Positions 16,646 through 26,488 of a stretch of DNA of 64,000 bases are shown piece after piece. The translations under genes and the position numbers were made by a program. The DNA comes from Gammaproteobacteria bacterium (GTDB lineage: Bacteria > Pseudomonadota > Gammaproteobacteria > Steroidobacterales > SZUA-146). Every line of letters starts with the position of its first letter. The first letter of the stretch is position 1. The notes under the pieces are model-generated. The model worked only from the letters and a program-made list of their open reading frames with translations. It was not told the DNA's origin and did not search any database. Where the stretch lies: contig JBGCFV010000018.1 of assembly GCA_045107075.1 (NCBI GenBank), positions 15,139 through 79,138 on the forward strand, read 5' to 3'.

Positions 16646-18214
16646 TCACTTCATATCATCGTGCCGGTTGCGAGCGAAGTCAATTGCGGTGTTCAGAACG
16701 GTGTCGTCGCCTTTCAGATAGTCTGGAACAGTCTGCGTTACGGCTACGTCCGGCGTTAATCCCAGTCCGTGTTCAAACTCAGTGACGTTATAGAATGTTT
16801 GTAGAAAGGGCACGCGCGTTTTTATCTTGCTTTCGGGCAGTGTCAGTGTGAACGAGAGTCCGGCTGTAGGTCCTTCTACGCTACCACCCGTCTTTCCCCC
16901 GATGAGTGTGGTGTCGGCATGCTGTTTAATGACGGTCAGGATGCTGGTTGAGCCTGATGAATTGGATGTACTGGTCAGCACCAACACCTTTCCGGTAAAG
17001 GCATGCTTGGCCGGTTTGAGCTTGTCGAGATCATCACTGACAAAACCGCGCATCGCCCATGTACCGTCGTCGTTCTTTCTAAAGCCCATTCGATTTGGAT
17101 TGAGAGCACGCTTATCCCACGTCCAAAGGTGTTCGCGCAGGCCGTCAAGATTTAGAGTTTTCGCGCGTATCTCTCGAACGGGTTTTATTTTCTTACTAAT
17201 GAGATGGGCGATAAGACTACGCTGTGCGTCGTTTGATCCGCCGCCGTTTCGTCTAAGGTCGAGAATAAGAGTAGACGCGCCTGAGTTGTTTAGCTGTTTA
17301 AACAAGGGAGAGAACAGTTCGTCTGGATCTACGGGTTTGCGATAGTTTACGAGTGTGTCAACGCGAAGATAGGCGGTGTATTGGTTAATAAGGGAGAAAA
17401 AGACCCCGTCTTTAAAGTTGGCTGCCGTTTCCTGTGGGGCTCCGCCAATGGCAGTGCCACTGGATTTAAGGGCCAGCCAATCGGCGTGAGTGGTTCGTTT
17501 AACGTCAATATTCAGCGACTGCCATTCGCCTGAATCAGTTGTTTTTCGGCGTACGTTTACTGTGGCCGTATCATTGATATCGAAGAGCAAAGCACCGAAA
17601 TGATCGATGGCACCGCCTTTAAATTCTAACGATTCGGTGAGTCCCGACTCTCGGGACCACTCGGTGTAACCGTCATACGGAATGAAAGCTTCAACTTTAT
17701 CCAGGAGTTCTGCAAAAGGGCGTCCGTCTATGCTGATGATTTCATCTTTCACTTGCAGCCCTGAATCGGTGGCAGTAGCCCGCACAAAACCTCGGCGTTC
17801 TATTAGTTCGATTTTCGCTGGCAGGTAGACGGGCGTTAGATCGCGGTCTTTGCTCATGTTCGAGGGCAGTTCGGCTTTGGTATGGTCGCAGCGAATTAGA
17901 GTGAGTGCTTTGCTGATTTCAAGATAGAAGTCTCCTTGCGACAGGCCCCCCTCGCGGTTTGCCCTATCGACAATGTGTTGCCAACCGGCATCTAATTCCG
18001 TCATTTCGGTATAGCGTGTGTAGCCCGGATGAATGCGTTGATACGTTTCCCTGGCAAGCTCAATGTCCTGCTCGACCTGACGTGGAGTGAGCCGGATTTC
18101 GACCGGGGCTTTGGCCGCGTCTACGGGTTTCGCTTCGTTTGCTGCGGCATCGGAAACTGGGAGCAGGCTGGTCAATAGCAGTAAGATAACAGCAACAAAA
18201 TTGAGTGCGGGCAT
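16646..18214 (-). CDS. Secreted S41-family peptidase
   Basis: Signal peptide, a PDZ-like segment, and LILDLRRNGGGS typical of S41/tail-specific proteases. Confidence 0.75.
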   Translation of the reverse strand: MPALNFVAVILLLLTSLLPVSDAAANEAKPVDAAKAPVEIRLTPRQVEQDIELARETYQRIHPGYTRYTEMTELDAGWQHIVDRANREGGLSQGDFYLEISKALTLIRCDHTKAELPSNMSKDRDLTPVYLPAKIELIERRGFVRATATDSGLQVKDEIISIDGRPFAELLDKVEAFIPYDGYTEWSRESGLTESLEFKGGAIDHFGALLFDINDTATVNVRRKTTDSGEWQSLNIDVKRTTHADWLALKSSGTAIGGAPQETAANFKDGVFFSLINQYTAYLRVDTLVNYRKPVDPDELFSPLFKQLNNSGASTLILDLRRNGGGSNDAQRSLIAHLISKKIKPVREIRAKTLNLDGLREHLWTWDKRALNPNRMGFRKNDDGTWAMRGFVSDDLDKLKPAKHAFTGKVLVLTSTSNSSGSTSILTVIKQHADTTLIGGKTGGSVEGPTAGLSFTLTLPESKIKTRVPFLQTFYNVTEFEHGLGLTPDVAVTQTVPDYLKGDDTVLNTAIDFARNRHDDMK

Positions 18215-18301
18215 GGCATGGTCCTCGTTTGGTGAGGGCGCAGTACACCAGCAACTGTGGTGCGATACGCCTCAAAACCCCGAAAGATTAACGTTTTTAC
18301 G

Positions 18302-19426
18302 TTATGAGACGTTTTTTCTTCGATACTCAGTGGGCGTGCAGCCCTCGATCGTGCGAAATACCCGGTTGAAGCTGGCTTTGGAGCCGAACCCGGATTGGTA
18401 CGCGACATCGAGCAGTTTCATATTGGAGTCACGCAGCAGTGTACGGGCGTGAGCGGCGCGCATTGAGTTGATGAACTGAGAGAAGTTTTCGCCGAGTCCG
18501 TCGTTAATGGCTCGGGAAATGTAGGACCGATTGAGTCCTGCCCGTTGAGCTAGCGTAGCCAGTGAAAAGTCGGTTTCCAGAAACCAGTTTTGGTCGAGTA
18601 CTTTTTGTCGCAGTTCTTCACCCAGCGCCGGCCAGTCTTGAGCGGGCTTTTCAACACTGGCTTCTGGCTGAGCGGTTTCTTCGACCGTCATTTTGGGAAA
18701 CGCATGTCGCCGTGACAGCGTTTCCAACAGAATCACCAATAGCGTTATTAGTGAAACGATGACCAGCCAGTAGCGAGCTCTGTAGTTGTAACTGTCACGA
18801 AACTCCATAACAATAATGGCAATCCAAAGTGCGCCCATTACCAAGCAAAGCGTGAGAAAGTAATTTAGCCAGACGGGCCGAAAATGGTCATCGTCGGCAC
18901 GCATTGTCGGAAGCCAGCGTTTGTAGTTTTGGTACAGTTTGTGAACGGCGTACCAGCAACCGGCGTAAAGCAGAAGCGACACTGTCCAGACGATTGGTTC
19001 GATTATCGGATCGTGCACTCTAAGAGTGAATTCCCACTTGGTTTCATAACCGCCAAGCAAAGTAAACGCGGCCAATTGATACACGAAATGCACAAGTGCA
19101 GGCAAGAGTAGCCACCAGCGCCAGCCAGGCTTCAAGCCGGTTAGACAGGAGTGCACGTAAATATACAGAAGTGGTCCGAAGGACAGTGTCATTTCTACCG
19201 GAAGAAACGTTAAGTCCGGCCAGGCGTCATAGGCGCCAGCGAAGCCTATAAAGAAAGGGATTGAGGACAGCACGACGCCTGCCATAAGTGCCGCCAGCCA
19301 CCTGGCGGGCGATCTGTCTGTAGCCTTTAACAGCAGTAAAAGGGTGCCGACGACGATGGGCAGCAGAATGGATCCCATCAACGCGCTACGCCACCCAAAT
19401 GAAAGTTGCTCAAATAGCGCGGTCAC
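18302..19426 (-). CDS. Membrane-embedded AraC-family transcriptional regulator
   Basis: About 7 N-terminal TM helices. C-terminal AraC HTH (TLAQRAGLNRSYISRAINDG .. GFGSKASFNRVFRTIEGCTPTEYRR). GTG start. Confidence 0.8.
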   Translation of the reverse strand: MTALFEQLSFGWRSALMGSILLPIVVGTLLLLLKATDRSPARWLAALMAGVVLSSIPFFIGFAGAYDAWPDLTFLPVEMTLSFGPLLYIYVHSCLTGLKPGWRWWLLLPALVHFVYQLAAFTLLGGYETKWEFTLRVHDPIIEPIVWTVSLLLYAGCWYAVHKLYQNYKRWLPTMRADDDHFRPVWLNYFLTLCLVMGALWIAIIVMEFRDSYNYRARYWLVIVSLITLLVILLETLSRRHAFPKMTVEETAQPEASVEKPAQDWPALGEELRQKVLDQNWFLETDFSLATLAQRAGLNRSYISRAINDGLGENFSQFINSMRAAHARTLLRDSNMKLLDVAYQSGFGSKASFNRVFRTIEGCTPTEYRRKNVS

Positions 19427-19468
19427 TACCTGCCACTCTTGTTCCGGGTACGAATGGTTGCGCTAGCG

Positions 19469-20134
19469 TCAAAAACGCGCTCGGTTAACCAATATGTCGA
19501 AGTCGAATGGCGTGCGAAGCACTCCTTGATCGTCGGCGTTTACCGAAAACGTTTGCCAGCCGTTCTTGGCGCTATGCACTACCAGCGCATCAAGATTGCC
19601 CGTATAGACGGCAGTGGGGCGTTCTATCTGCGGATTGAAATACATGATTGGATCAATAGTTGGATCGGTCTCGGTTGGTCGAAGTATTTGTTGCACAAGC
19701 TGCCAGAATGCTTCGCGCTCAGGTGTGTGAGGTAGCTCGAAGCGTTCAAAGGTTCCGAGCACGCCGGGAGAGCCGGGAACGTCAACGAAAGCGGGTGAAA
19801 ACGTACGAGCTTCAATCAGGTTTACGCGTTGTTGGCCCGGGTCGAAAAAACTGACCCGGTTAAACTGCAGTTCACCTAACTCGGCGTCCTCAAACTCGAT
19901 AAAGTTTCCAAGTGTTGGGGCGAAACGTCCTACGTTTTGCAATACGTAGGTAAGCGTTGGGCTTTTGAATTCGCTTTGGTGCAGGCCGACATGAAAGGTA
20001 CTGTCGCCCAGAACACCGTAGTGGTGCTTGAGTATTTCATTCGCCTGGCGCTCTTCAAAGCCAAGGTTGGCGAACCACCCCATGTCTTTCAAGATCTGTT
20101 CGGTCGACACACTAACTTCGAGTAATTTTGGCAT
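19469..20134 (-). CDS. Hypothetical protein, possibly VOC/glyoxalase-fold
   Basis: 221-aa ORF with a good ATG. The fold guess rests only on a two-half beta-alpha pattern. Confidence 0.45.
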   Translation of the reverse strand: MPKLLEVSVSTEQILKDMGWFANLGFEERQANEILKHHYGVLGDSTFHVGLHQSEFKSPTLTYVLQNVGRFAPTLGNFIEFEDAELGELQFNRVSFFDPGQQRVNLIEARTFSPAFVDVPGSPGVLGTFERFELPHTPEREAFWQLVQQILRPTETDPTIDPIMYFNPQIERPTAVYTGNLDALVVHSAKNGWQTFSVNADDQGVLRTPFDFDILVNRARF

Positions 20135-20206
20135 TAGATTCTCTTGGCAATAAGGCCGGTTGGAGAGCTTGCCCCTTCTTTTTGAGGGCTTTTGTTAGCG
20201 GACAGG

Positions 20207-21310
20207 TTAAACATTCGACTCCATCGATGCGGCGCGCTGTTTTGAATCAAGCAAAGCCGCTTCGTTGTTTGTCGTAGGCAGCGCGTTAGTCCATGTTTGT
20301 ATGTGGGTACAAACTAATTCTGTGAGAAAGTCGAGGTGCGTGTCGGCCGCGTTTAGGCAGGGAATGTACCGCAGCTCGTCGCCTCCGTGTTCTTTAAACA
20401 GGTCGCCGTATTCTTCAATCATCTCTTCGAGCGTTTCGAGGCAGTCGGCCGAAAACCCAGGACAAATGGTGTCGATCGTCTTCAGTCCCTCTTTCGCCCA
20501 CTGTTCAACGGTGTCGCCGGTGTAGGGTGTGAGCCATTCTTCCCTGCCTAGTCTGGACTGAAAAGACACCGCCCACTCCGAGTCTTCAAGGCCTAATTCG
20601 TCGGCGAGTAAGCGGGCCGTTTTGTGACACTGGCAGTGATACGGATCGCCGTTAATCAGGTAGCGTTTTGGAATACCGTGAAAAGACATGAGCAGGCGTT
20701 CGCCTGGTGTGTGTTGTTGGCGGTATTCGCGAACTGACTGAGCTAACGCCTTAATGTAGCCGGGGTGATCGTGGTACTGATTGATCATCCGTAGCTCTGG
20801 TATCCAGCGCTTGCGCGTGAACACCGCGGCGACAGCGTCGAACGTTGAGGCACTGGTCACGGCTGAGTATTGTGGGTACAACGGGAGCACCAGCAAATTG
20901 CGAACGTTTTGGTCATTGAGTTTTTGCAGTGCGCTGGATACCGAGGGATTGCCGTAGCGCATGGCGAGTTCTACTTCAATGTCGTCTCCGAAGCGCTCTT
21001 TAAGTCGCGTCCGAATGCCGCTGGTTTGTTCGCGCGAAATGCTGATGAGCGGCGAGCCCTCTTCAGTCCAGACGGTTTGGTAGGCTCTGGCGCTGCGAGG
21101 CGGGCGAATTCGCAGAATGACGCCGTGTAAAATAATGCGCCACAGAATACGGGGTACTTCCACCACTCGCGGGTCCATTAGAAATTCGGCGAGATAACGC
21201 CGCACCGACGGGGTGGTCGCTTCATCCGGGCTACCCAAGTTAGCCAGCAGCACGCCAATGCGAGTGCGTTGGCCGTGCTTGAACCGGGGCTCGCCAGAAA
21301 ATTTGGGCAT
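20207..21310 (-). CDS. hemH: Ferrochelatase
   Basis: GVLLANLGSPD, LPLYPQYS and SFHGIP motifs over 367 aa. Confidence 0.93.
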   Translation of the reverse strand: MPKFSGEPRFKHGQRTRIGVLLANLGSPDEATTPSVRRYLAEFLMDPRVVEVPRILWRIILHGVILRIRPPRSARAYQTVWTEEGSPLISISREQTSGIRTRLKERFGDDIEVELAMRYGNPSVSSALQKLNDQNVRNLLVLPLYPQYSAVTSASTFDAVAAVFTRKRWIPELRMINQYHDHPGYIKALAQSVREYRQQHTPGERLLMSFHGIPKRYLINGDPYHCQCHKTARLLADELGLEDSEWAVSFQSRLGREEWLTPYTGDTVEQWAKEGLKTIDTICPGFSADCLETLEEMIEEYGDLFKEHGGDELRYIPCLNAADTHLDFLTELVCTHIQTWTNALPTTNNEAALLDSKQRAASMESNV

Positions 21311-21448
21311 ATCAGAGTGTTCCGCTTCTAATTACGTTAACAGCCAGAACGTTACGGCTTGTTAACTTGGGCGTGAAAGAGCGGTAGTTTAGCAACAAAG
21401 TGTCAGTTTGGGGTGAGTCTCGGTCGCCTAAAACGTTTTAACAGCCGT

Positions 21449-22198
21449 TCAGGCGACAATTGACGGCATGTCGTCAAACTGGGCACGGTCGAAAGTGCAG
21501 TGATCTTCGGGTCCAGTGGCATGGGCGCGAGAAAAATGAGCTTCAACCGGGCTGAGATAGAAGTACCAGGTTTGTCGGTCTATGGGCCCGGGCTTTTGGA
21601 AGGCTGACGGATTCATTAACGCCAGGTTTAGTCCCCGGTTTATATCCCTCACAGATTCGAATGCAATCAGGTCGACCTCGGCTCGCCGGGCGGTATCCGC
21701 GAGGTTTTGTGTTTGTTGATAGCTGGTCTGACTGGTCCACTGGACGGCGTCGCGATTTAACGGCGGCCGGCTCAGATTTATATGGGCCGAAGCCGAGTAC
21801 GCGATGGTAAACGCCGTAAGCTGTGCCCGGGGTCGGGGTAGCTGTTTTGATGTGGTGGCCTTAAAAAAACGAATTCGATAGTAGGCCGTTTCGGCGAGAG
21901 CGGTGGGCAGCTTTGCTGAAGCATAAAATACACCCTCGCGGCTGCCCGCACGTCGAAAACGTGAACCGTAGCGGTTAACCGGCAGGTAGCGAAACGGTGT
22001 TTTAAGCAGGTAGTCAAAGTGGGCCACGGACTCCGGGTACTTGGGTTTTGAAGAGTCGAGTATGTCCTCCAGAAGCTGTTGCTCCTGCTGTGTGTCGACC
22101 AGCTTGCGCGTTGCGTGGGTGTGCTGGTGTTCGACCACGCGCCACGCCATGCCCGCTAGCGGTCGCGCGTTAGACTTTAGCTCGGAAGGCGTCCACAT
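21449..22198 (-). CDS. RES-domain toxin (NAD+-targeting family)
   Basis: R-E-S signature: YGSRFRR .. TALAETAYY .. AFESVRD. ATG at 22198 (a GTG at 22207 is also possible). Overlaps the upstream antitoxin gene by about 29 nt. Confidence 0.85.
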   Translation of the reverse strand: MWTPSELKSNARPLAGMAWRVVEHQHTHATRKLVDTQQEQQLLEDILDSSKPKYPESVAHFDYLLKTPFRYLPVNRYGSRFRRAGSREGVFYASAKLPTALAETAYYRIRFFKATTSKQLPRPRAQLTAFTIAYSASAHINLSRPPLNRDAVQWTSQTSYQQTQNLADTARRAEVDLIAFESVRDINRGLNLALMNPSAFQKPGPIDRQTWYFYLSPVEAHFSRAHATGPEDHCTFDRAQFDDMPSIVA

Positions 22199-22547
22199 AG
22201 GCGACACAATCTACCAGTCCTGTGATTTGTCGAATGAGCTCATCCGGTCGACCGTCCAGATCGTGATTGTGGCTGGACATCCAGCCGCGCATGGCCGCTT
22301 CGTCACCGGCCATGATGGCGTCAAGACCGCGGTACAAACGTACCAGAAGGGCGGCCAGTTCCCACTCTTTTGTGTCTGTGCCTAACAGAAAGTGACCACC
22401 GGACATGCGTGTGACCGATGCAGGGCTAATGCCCAGCACGCGAGCTAGAGAGGCTTTGCTTAAACCCATGAGTTCGTGCGCTTTTAGCACGGCTTTTGTC
22501 AGCACCGCCCGGTAGTTGTCACTTGATAAGTGTTGAGCTCCATCCAT
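22170..22547 (-). CDS. Xre/MbcA/ParS-type antitoxin (HTH plus DUF2384-like toxin-binding domain)
   Basis: HTH (LSKASLARVLGISPASVTRM) and a C-terminus (RGWMSSHNHDLDGRPDELI..GLVDCVAYVDA). I chose the start at MDGAQHL (ATG 22547); the upstream part of the ORF is AT-rich. Confidence 0.8.
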   Translation of the reverse strand: MDGAQHLSSDNYRAVLTKAVLKAHELMGLSKASLARVLGISPASVTRMSGGHFLLGTDTKEWELAALLVRLYRGLDAIMAGDEAAMRGWMSSHNHDLDGRPDELIRQITGLVDCVAYVDAFRAKV

Positions 22548-23052
22548 GTGCAAAATATACCACAAGAAATATAAAATAGTAAATATTTCACTAGAAAGAT
22601 ATTGGTTGCGCATGTCGCCATCTTTGCTTAAGATGTATAGACAAGGTGTGACAACGATGTCATTGTTTTTCTTCAGATTAACAATGCCTGACATTTCGGT
22701 GTTATGCATTCCTGCTGCAGTGCGGTTAGATTAGACCCACCCAGCGCGGATAGACCTGTGTGAAAAACCGTTTCCGTTGACGGTTACCGCGCGTAAATGG
22801 CCGGCCGGTAAGGCAGCCGGGCATTAGGCGATTGAAGTAACAATAATACGAATTGTACGTTTCCAGTGGGCGGAGTTGATTACAACCCGCCCACATTCAA
22901 ACCGGCTTTCTCCCTCTTCAAGTTCGGCCTCCCTCTCTCCAAATCAATCACTCGCTGTTCACTAAAGCGTCGTAAACTTGACCTCTCTCAAGCGTTTACG
23001 AAACCCGACTGTTCTTACTCACTTCTAACCACTACTTTTTGAAAAGAGTTCA

Positions 23053-24486
23053 ATGGCTACTACCTTAATTTGGTTCAGACAGGACCTGCGACTTTGTGAC
23101 CATCGACCACTGACTCGTGCGCTTGAGCTGGGACACGACGTCGTGTGCTGCTACGTTTACGATCAAACTACACCAGGTCGTAATCGCATTGGCGGAGCGA
23201 GTCGTTGGTGGTTACATCACGCACTAAGCGACATTCAATCACAGCTCGAAAAGTTGGGCGGTCGTCTCGTGCTGCGTCAGGGTGATTACGAAAAAGTCAT
23301 TCCGGCACTCGCCGAAGAGTGCGGTGCCGATGCGGTTTATTTTAGTCGCAACTACGAACCGTTCATGCAGAACGTGGAGCAAGCGATAAAAAAAACGCTC
23401 GATGAACGCGACGTTACCGTGCGTCGTTTCGCTGGCAATATTCTGTTTGACCCGGATCAGCTGCGCACCAAAGGTGGTACGCCGTTCAAAGTATTCACTC
23501 CGTTTTGGCGGAACTGTCGGTCGTTGCCACCACCGGTAGAACCTTTACCGGCTCCTGATTCAATTGCGTTTGCAACGCGGCAGCCCGACAGTGAAGCCCT
23601 CGAAGACTGGAAGTTGCTGCCAACCAAACCTGATTGGACTACGCAGTTTGTAAAAGAATGGCAGCCAAACGAAGAGGCGGCGCATGAAGCGCTTCAGCAG
23701 TTTCTTGAATCAAGCGTTGGACGATATCGCGACGCGCGTAACCTCCCGGCCAAAAAAGGCACATCACGTTTGTCGCCTTACCTGCACTACGGTCAGGTGA
23801 GTCCGGCGCAGGTTTATCACGCCACGACGGCGCACTTGGCCGAGCAAGTCAAAGACACGGATGGTGGCGATACGTTTTTATCAGAAATAGGTTGGCGCGA
23901 GTTTTCTTATCATTTGCTTAATCAGTTTCCCGAGCTGCCGCATTCGGAGTTTCGTGCCAACTTTAAAAAATTTCCGTGGAAGAAAAATGCCAAAGCGCTT
24001 AAAGCCTGGCAGCAGGGTCAAACCGGGTTTCCGATTGTCGACGCGGGTATGCGCGAGCTGTGGGCCACTGGCTGGATGCACAATCGTGTTCGCATGATTG
24101 TTGGTTCATTTCTGGTTAAAGACTTGCTCATTCCGTGGCAGCAAGGCGCGGCCTGGTTTTGGGATACGCTGGTCGACGCAGATCTCGCGTCGAACTCAGC
24201 CAGCTGGCAGTGGGTTTCGGGTTGCGGTGCTGACGCCGCGCCGTACTTCCGTATTTTTAATCCGATACTTCAAGGTCAAAAATTTGATACAGAAGGCGAC
24301 TACGTGCGACGTTGGGTGCCGGAACTGGCAGACGTTCCCAAGAAGTGGATTCATAACCCGTCGGAGGCACCAACCGACGTGCTAAGAGCGGCGGGCGTAG
24401 TGCTCGGAAAAGACTACCCCAAACCGATGATTGATCGTAAGGCTGCACGCCAACGTGCTTTGGATGCGTTTGCACAGATTAAATAA
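23053..24486 (+). CDS. phrB: Deoxyribodipyrimidine photolyase (class I CPD photolyase/cryptochrome family)
   Basis: LIWFRQDLRLCDH N-terminus. FAD-binding C-terminus WQWVSGCGADAAPYFRIFNP. Confidence 0.92.
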   Translation: MATTLIWFRQDLRLCDHRPLTRALELGHDVVCCYVYDQTTPGRNRIGGASRWWLHHALSDIQSQLEKLGGRLVLRQGDYEKVIPALAEECGADAVYFSRNYEPFMQNVEQAIKKTLDERDVTVRRFAGNILFDPDQLRTKGGTPFKVFTPFWRNCRSLPPPVEPLPAPDSIAFATRQPDSEALEDWKLLPTKPDWTTQFVKEWQPNEEAAHEALQQFLESSVGRYRDARNLPAKKGTSRLSPYLHYGQVSPAQVYHATTAHLAEQVKDTDGGDTFLSEIGWREFSYHLLNQFPELPHSEFRANFKKFPWKKNAKALKAWQQGQTGFPIVDAGMRELWATGWMHNRVRMIVGSFLVKDLLIPWQQGAAWFWDTLVDADLASNSASWQWVSGCGADAAPYFRIFNPILQGQKFDTEGDYVRRWVPELADVPKKWIHNPSEAPTDVLRAAGVVLGKDYPKPMIDRKAARQRALDAFAQIK

Positions 24487-24523
24487 CGTTTCGATGCGTC
24501 TGTCAGGAATGTTTTCGGACTTT

Positions 24524-24575
24524 TGCCTTCGGGCCAAGTAGAGTTCCTATCGCAGGAGCGGCTTCCAGCCGCGAT
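24524..24575. repeat. REP-like family A unit
   Basis: TGCCTTCGGGCCAAGTAGAGTTCCTATCGCAGGAGCGGCTTCCAGCCGCGAT lies between the convergent phrB and symporter genes. Confidence 0.75.
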
Positions 24576-24632
24576 TGAGTCTAGCTACTACGTCAATCAA
24601 GACTGAAAGCCGTTTCTGCTGTTGGCTTTGCT

Positions 24633-26354
24633 TTAAGCCTTGCCGTCAATAATGTCGTCAATGCTGGGCGCCGGCGTGTTCGCACCCGGTTCAGCCTGCC
24701 CGGACTTAACGCGTTTGAAGTAATTGTGATACGCGCGAATAGCCTGCCGACCAAAAATCAACATGATGGGAATGTTCGCAAGCACCGCCACACCTGTACC
24801 GAAACTGGTCAGGTTGTCGAGTGACCGACTGTTCTCAATAAAGCCAAGCGTTGCGACAACGATGAGCAGGCAGTAGACAAACTTGTAGGTCAGTACGGCT
24901 TTGTTACCCATCAAATAAACAATGCACTGTTCGCCGTAATAGCTCCAGGAAATCATGGTCGACAGGGCAAACATGAGTGACGCGATGCTCACGAGCCATT
25001 TACCCAAACCGGGCGCGGCTGAGTCAAACGCACGAGCCGTGAGCGTGGCACCTGTCAATCCGACAAACACTTCAGCGTTTTGAAGCTGTGGTGTGACATC
25101 CATTTCGATGTTGTTCCAGTCAATAAACATCTGTCCGTTCTTCTCGAAAACGTTGCCGAAAAGCTGATGTAAGTTGTTGCCGCGTTTTTCTTGTTGATCA
25201 CCCGTGATAAACATGAAAACAGTTTGACCTTCCTGCCAAACGTTGTTCGTGGAGGCTGGCGCGGGCGTGTCGTTAATCGAAAACTGGCTGGCACCAACCG
25301 GGATAATAGCGGGTGGAGAGGTGAACTCGCCGTCAGCGCCGCGGTTCCATACGCCGGTACTTAAAATGATGACCGCGGTAAAAGTACACACAACAATGGT
25401 GTCAATGAACGGTTCAAGTCCGGCAACCAGCCCCTCGCGAACTGGTTCGTCGGTTTTCGCGGCCGAGTGAATAACAGGAGAGCTACCCTGACCGGCTTCG
25501 TTTGAGAAAATGGCTCGCTTCATGCCAAACAGCAAGGCCGAAGCCATGGTGCCGCCAACAAAGGCTCCGGTAGCTTCCGTTGGGTTAAAAGCTGAATGAA
25601 AAATCAGACGGAATACGTCTGGAATGGCGCCGGCGTTTTTAATGAGTACGAATGTACCCGCGATCAAGTAGAGACCGACCATAAACGGCACGAGGAAACC
25701 GGCGACTTTACCAATACGATTAATGCCTCCGATAATGACGAGGCCAACCAGAACCGACATGATGATGCCGGTGATCCAGCCGTCAATTCCAAAATAGGTT
25801 TGACCCAGCTCGGCTACGTTCCAGGCCTGGAACATATTGCCGCCGGTAGTAGTTGAGATCAGCAGCATTATGCAGAACACACCGCCGATTAATGATCCGA
25901 GCCAGGCCAGCTTGGGCGACATGCGTGCCATGCCTTTTGAGGCTACCCACATGGGTCCACCGTGCGGATTGTTTGGGTCGTCGGTGTTTCGGTAGAGCAT
26001 GGACTGGGTGACTTCAGTCAGTTTAATCGCCATGCCGAGGAAACCAATAATCCACATCCAGAACACAGCGCCGGGTCCGCCGAGGCTAATGGCCAGGGCC
26101 ACGCCGCCAATATTACCGAGTCCCACAGTCGCCGAGAGGGCGCCGGAAAGTGCCTGAAAGTGATTGATAGCGCCTGGATCGTTGGGATCGTCGTAGGCTC
26201 CACGGAGAACCTTGGCTCCGTGGGTCAGGGAGCGAAATTGGCCAAAAAATGATGTAACCGTAAAAAGTACCCCTACTCCAACGATCAGGTAGAGCATATT
26301 GTCGTGCCACAAGTACGCGTTTGCGGTTTCCAGGAACGAATTGAATGCTTCCAT
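24633..26354 (-). CDS. Alanine/glycine:cation symporter (AGCS family), long form
   Basis: FQALSGALSATVGLGNIGGVA, FSNEAGQGSSP and WSYYGE motifs. At 573 aa it carries an extra hydrophilic segment of about 95 aa. Confidence 0.88.
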   Translation of the reverse strand: MEAFNSFLETANAYLWHDNMLYLIVGVGVLFTVTSFFGQFRSLTHGAKVLRGAYDDPNDPGAINHFQALSGALSATVGLGNIGGVALAISLGGPGAVFWMWIIGFLGMAIKLTEVTQSMLYRNTDDPNNPHGGPMWVASKGMARMSPKLAWLGSLIGGVFCIMLLISTTTGGNMFQAWNVAELGQTYFGIDGWITGIIMSVLVGLVIIGGINRIGKVAGFLVPFMVGLYLIAGTFVLIKNAGAIPDVFRLIFHSAFNPTEATGAFVGGTMASALLFGMKRAIFSNEAGQGSSPVIHSAAKTDEPVREGLVAGLEPFIDTIVVCTFTAVIILSTGVWNRGADGEFTSPPAIIPVGASQFSINDTPAPASTNNVWQEGQTVFMFITGDQQEKRGNNLHQLFGNVFEKNGQMFIDWNNIEMDVTPQLQNAEVFVGLTGATLTARAFDSAAPGLGKWLVSIASLMFALSTMISWSYYGEQCIVYLMGNKAVLTYKFVYCLLIVVATLGFIENSRSLDNLTSFGTGVAVLANIPIMLIFGRQAIRAYHNYFKRVKSGQAEPGANTPAPSIDDIIDGKA

Positions 26355-26488
26355 TTTAGGCCTTTCTATTAGTTTAGGTGTGAGCCAAAGGATTTAATTT
26401 GGACCACATCATGCGGGTTATGCTGGTGTGAGGCAAGAAACCGGCGGGCAGGAGGGGCTTGTGCGGCGCACAAGTATGCCGGTGGACG

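Noticed and set aside
26355-26488. Glycine riboswitch or other leader upstream of the alanine/glycine symporter. The palindrome CTTGTGCGGCGCACAAG at 26458-26474 was also noted.
   Set aside because: I could not find the conserved glycine-riboswitch cores by eye. The palindrome has a 1-nt centre, so it is not an RNA hairpin. It may be a protein-binding site or the 3' end of the upstream gene, but the evidence is too thin.
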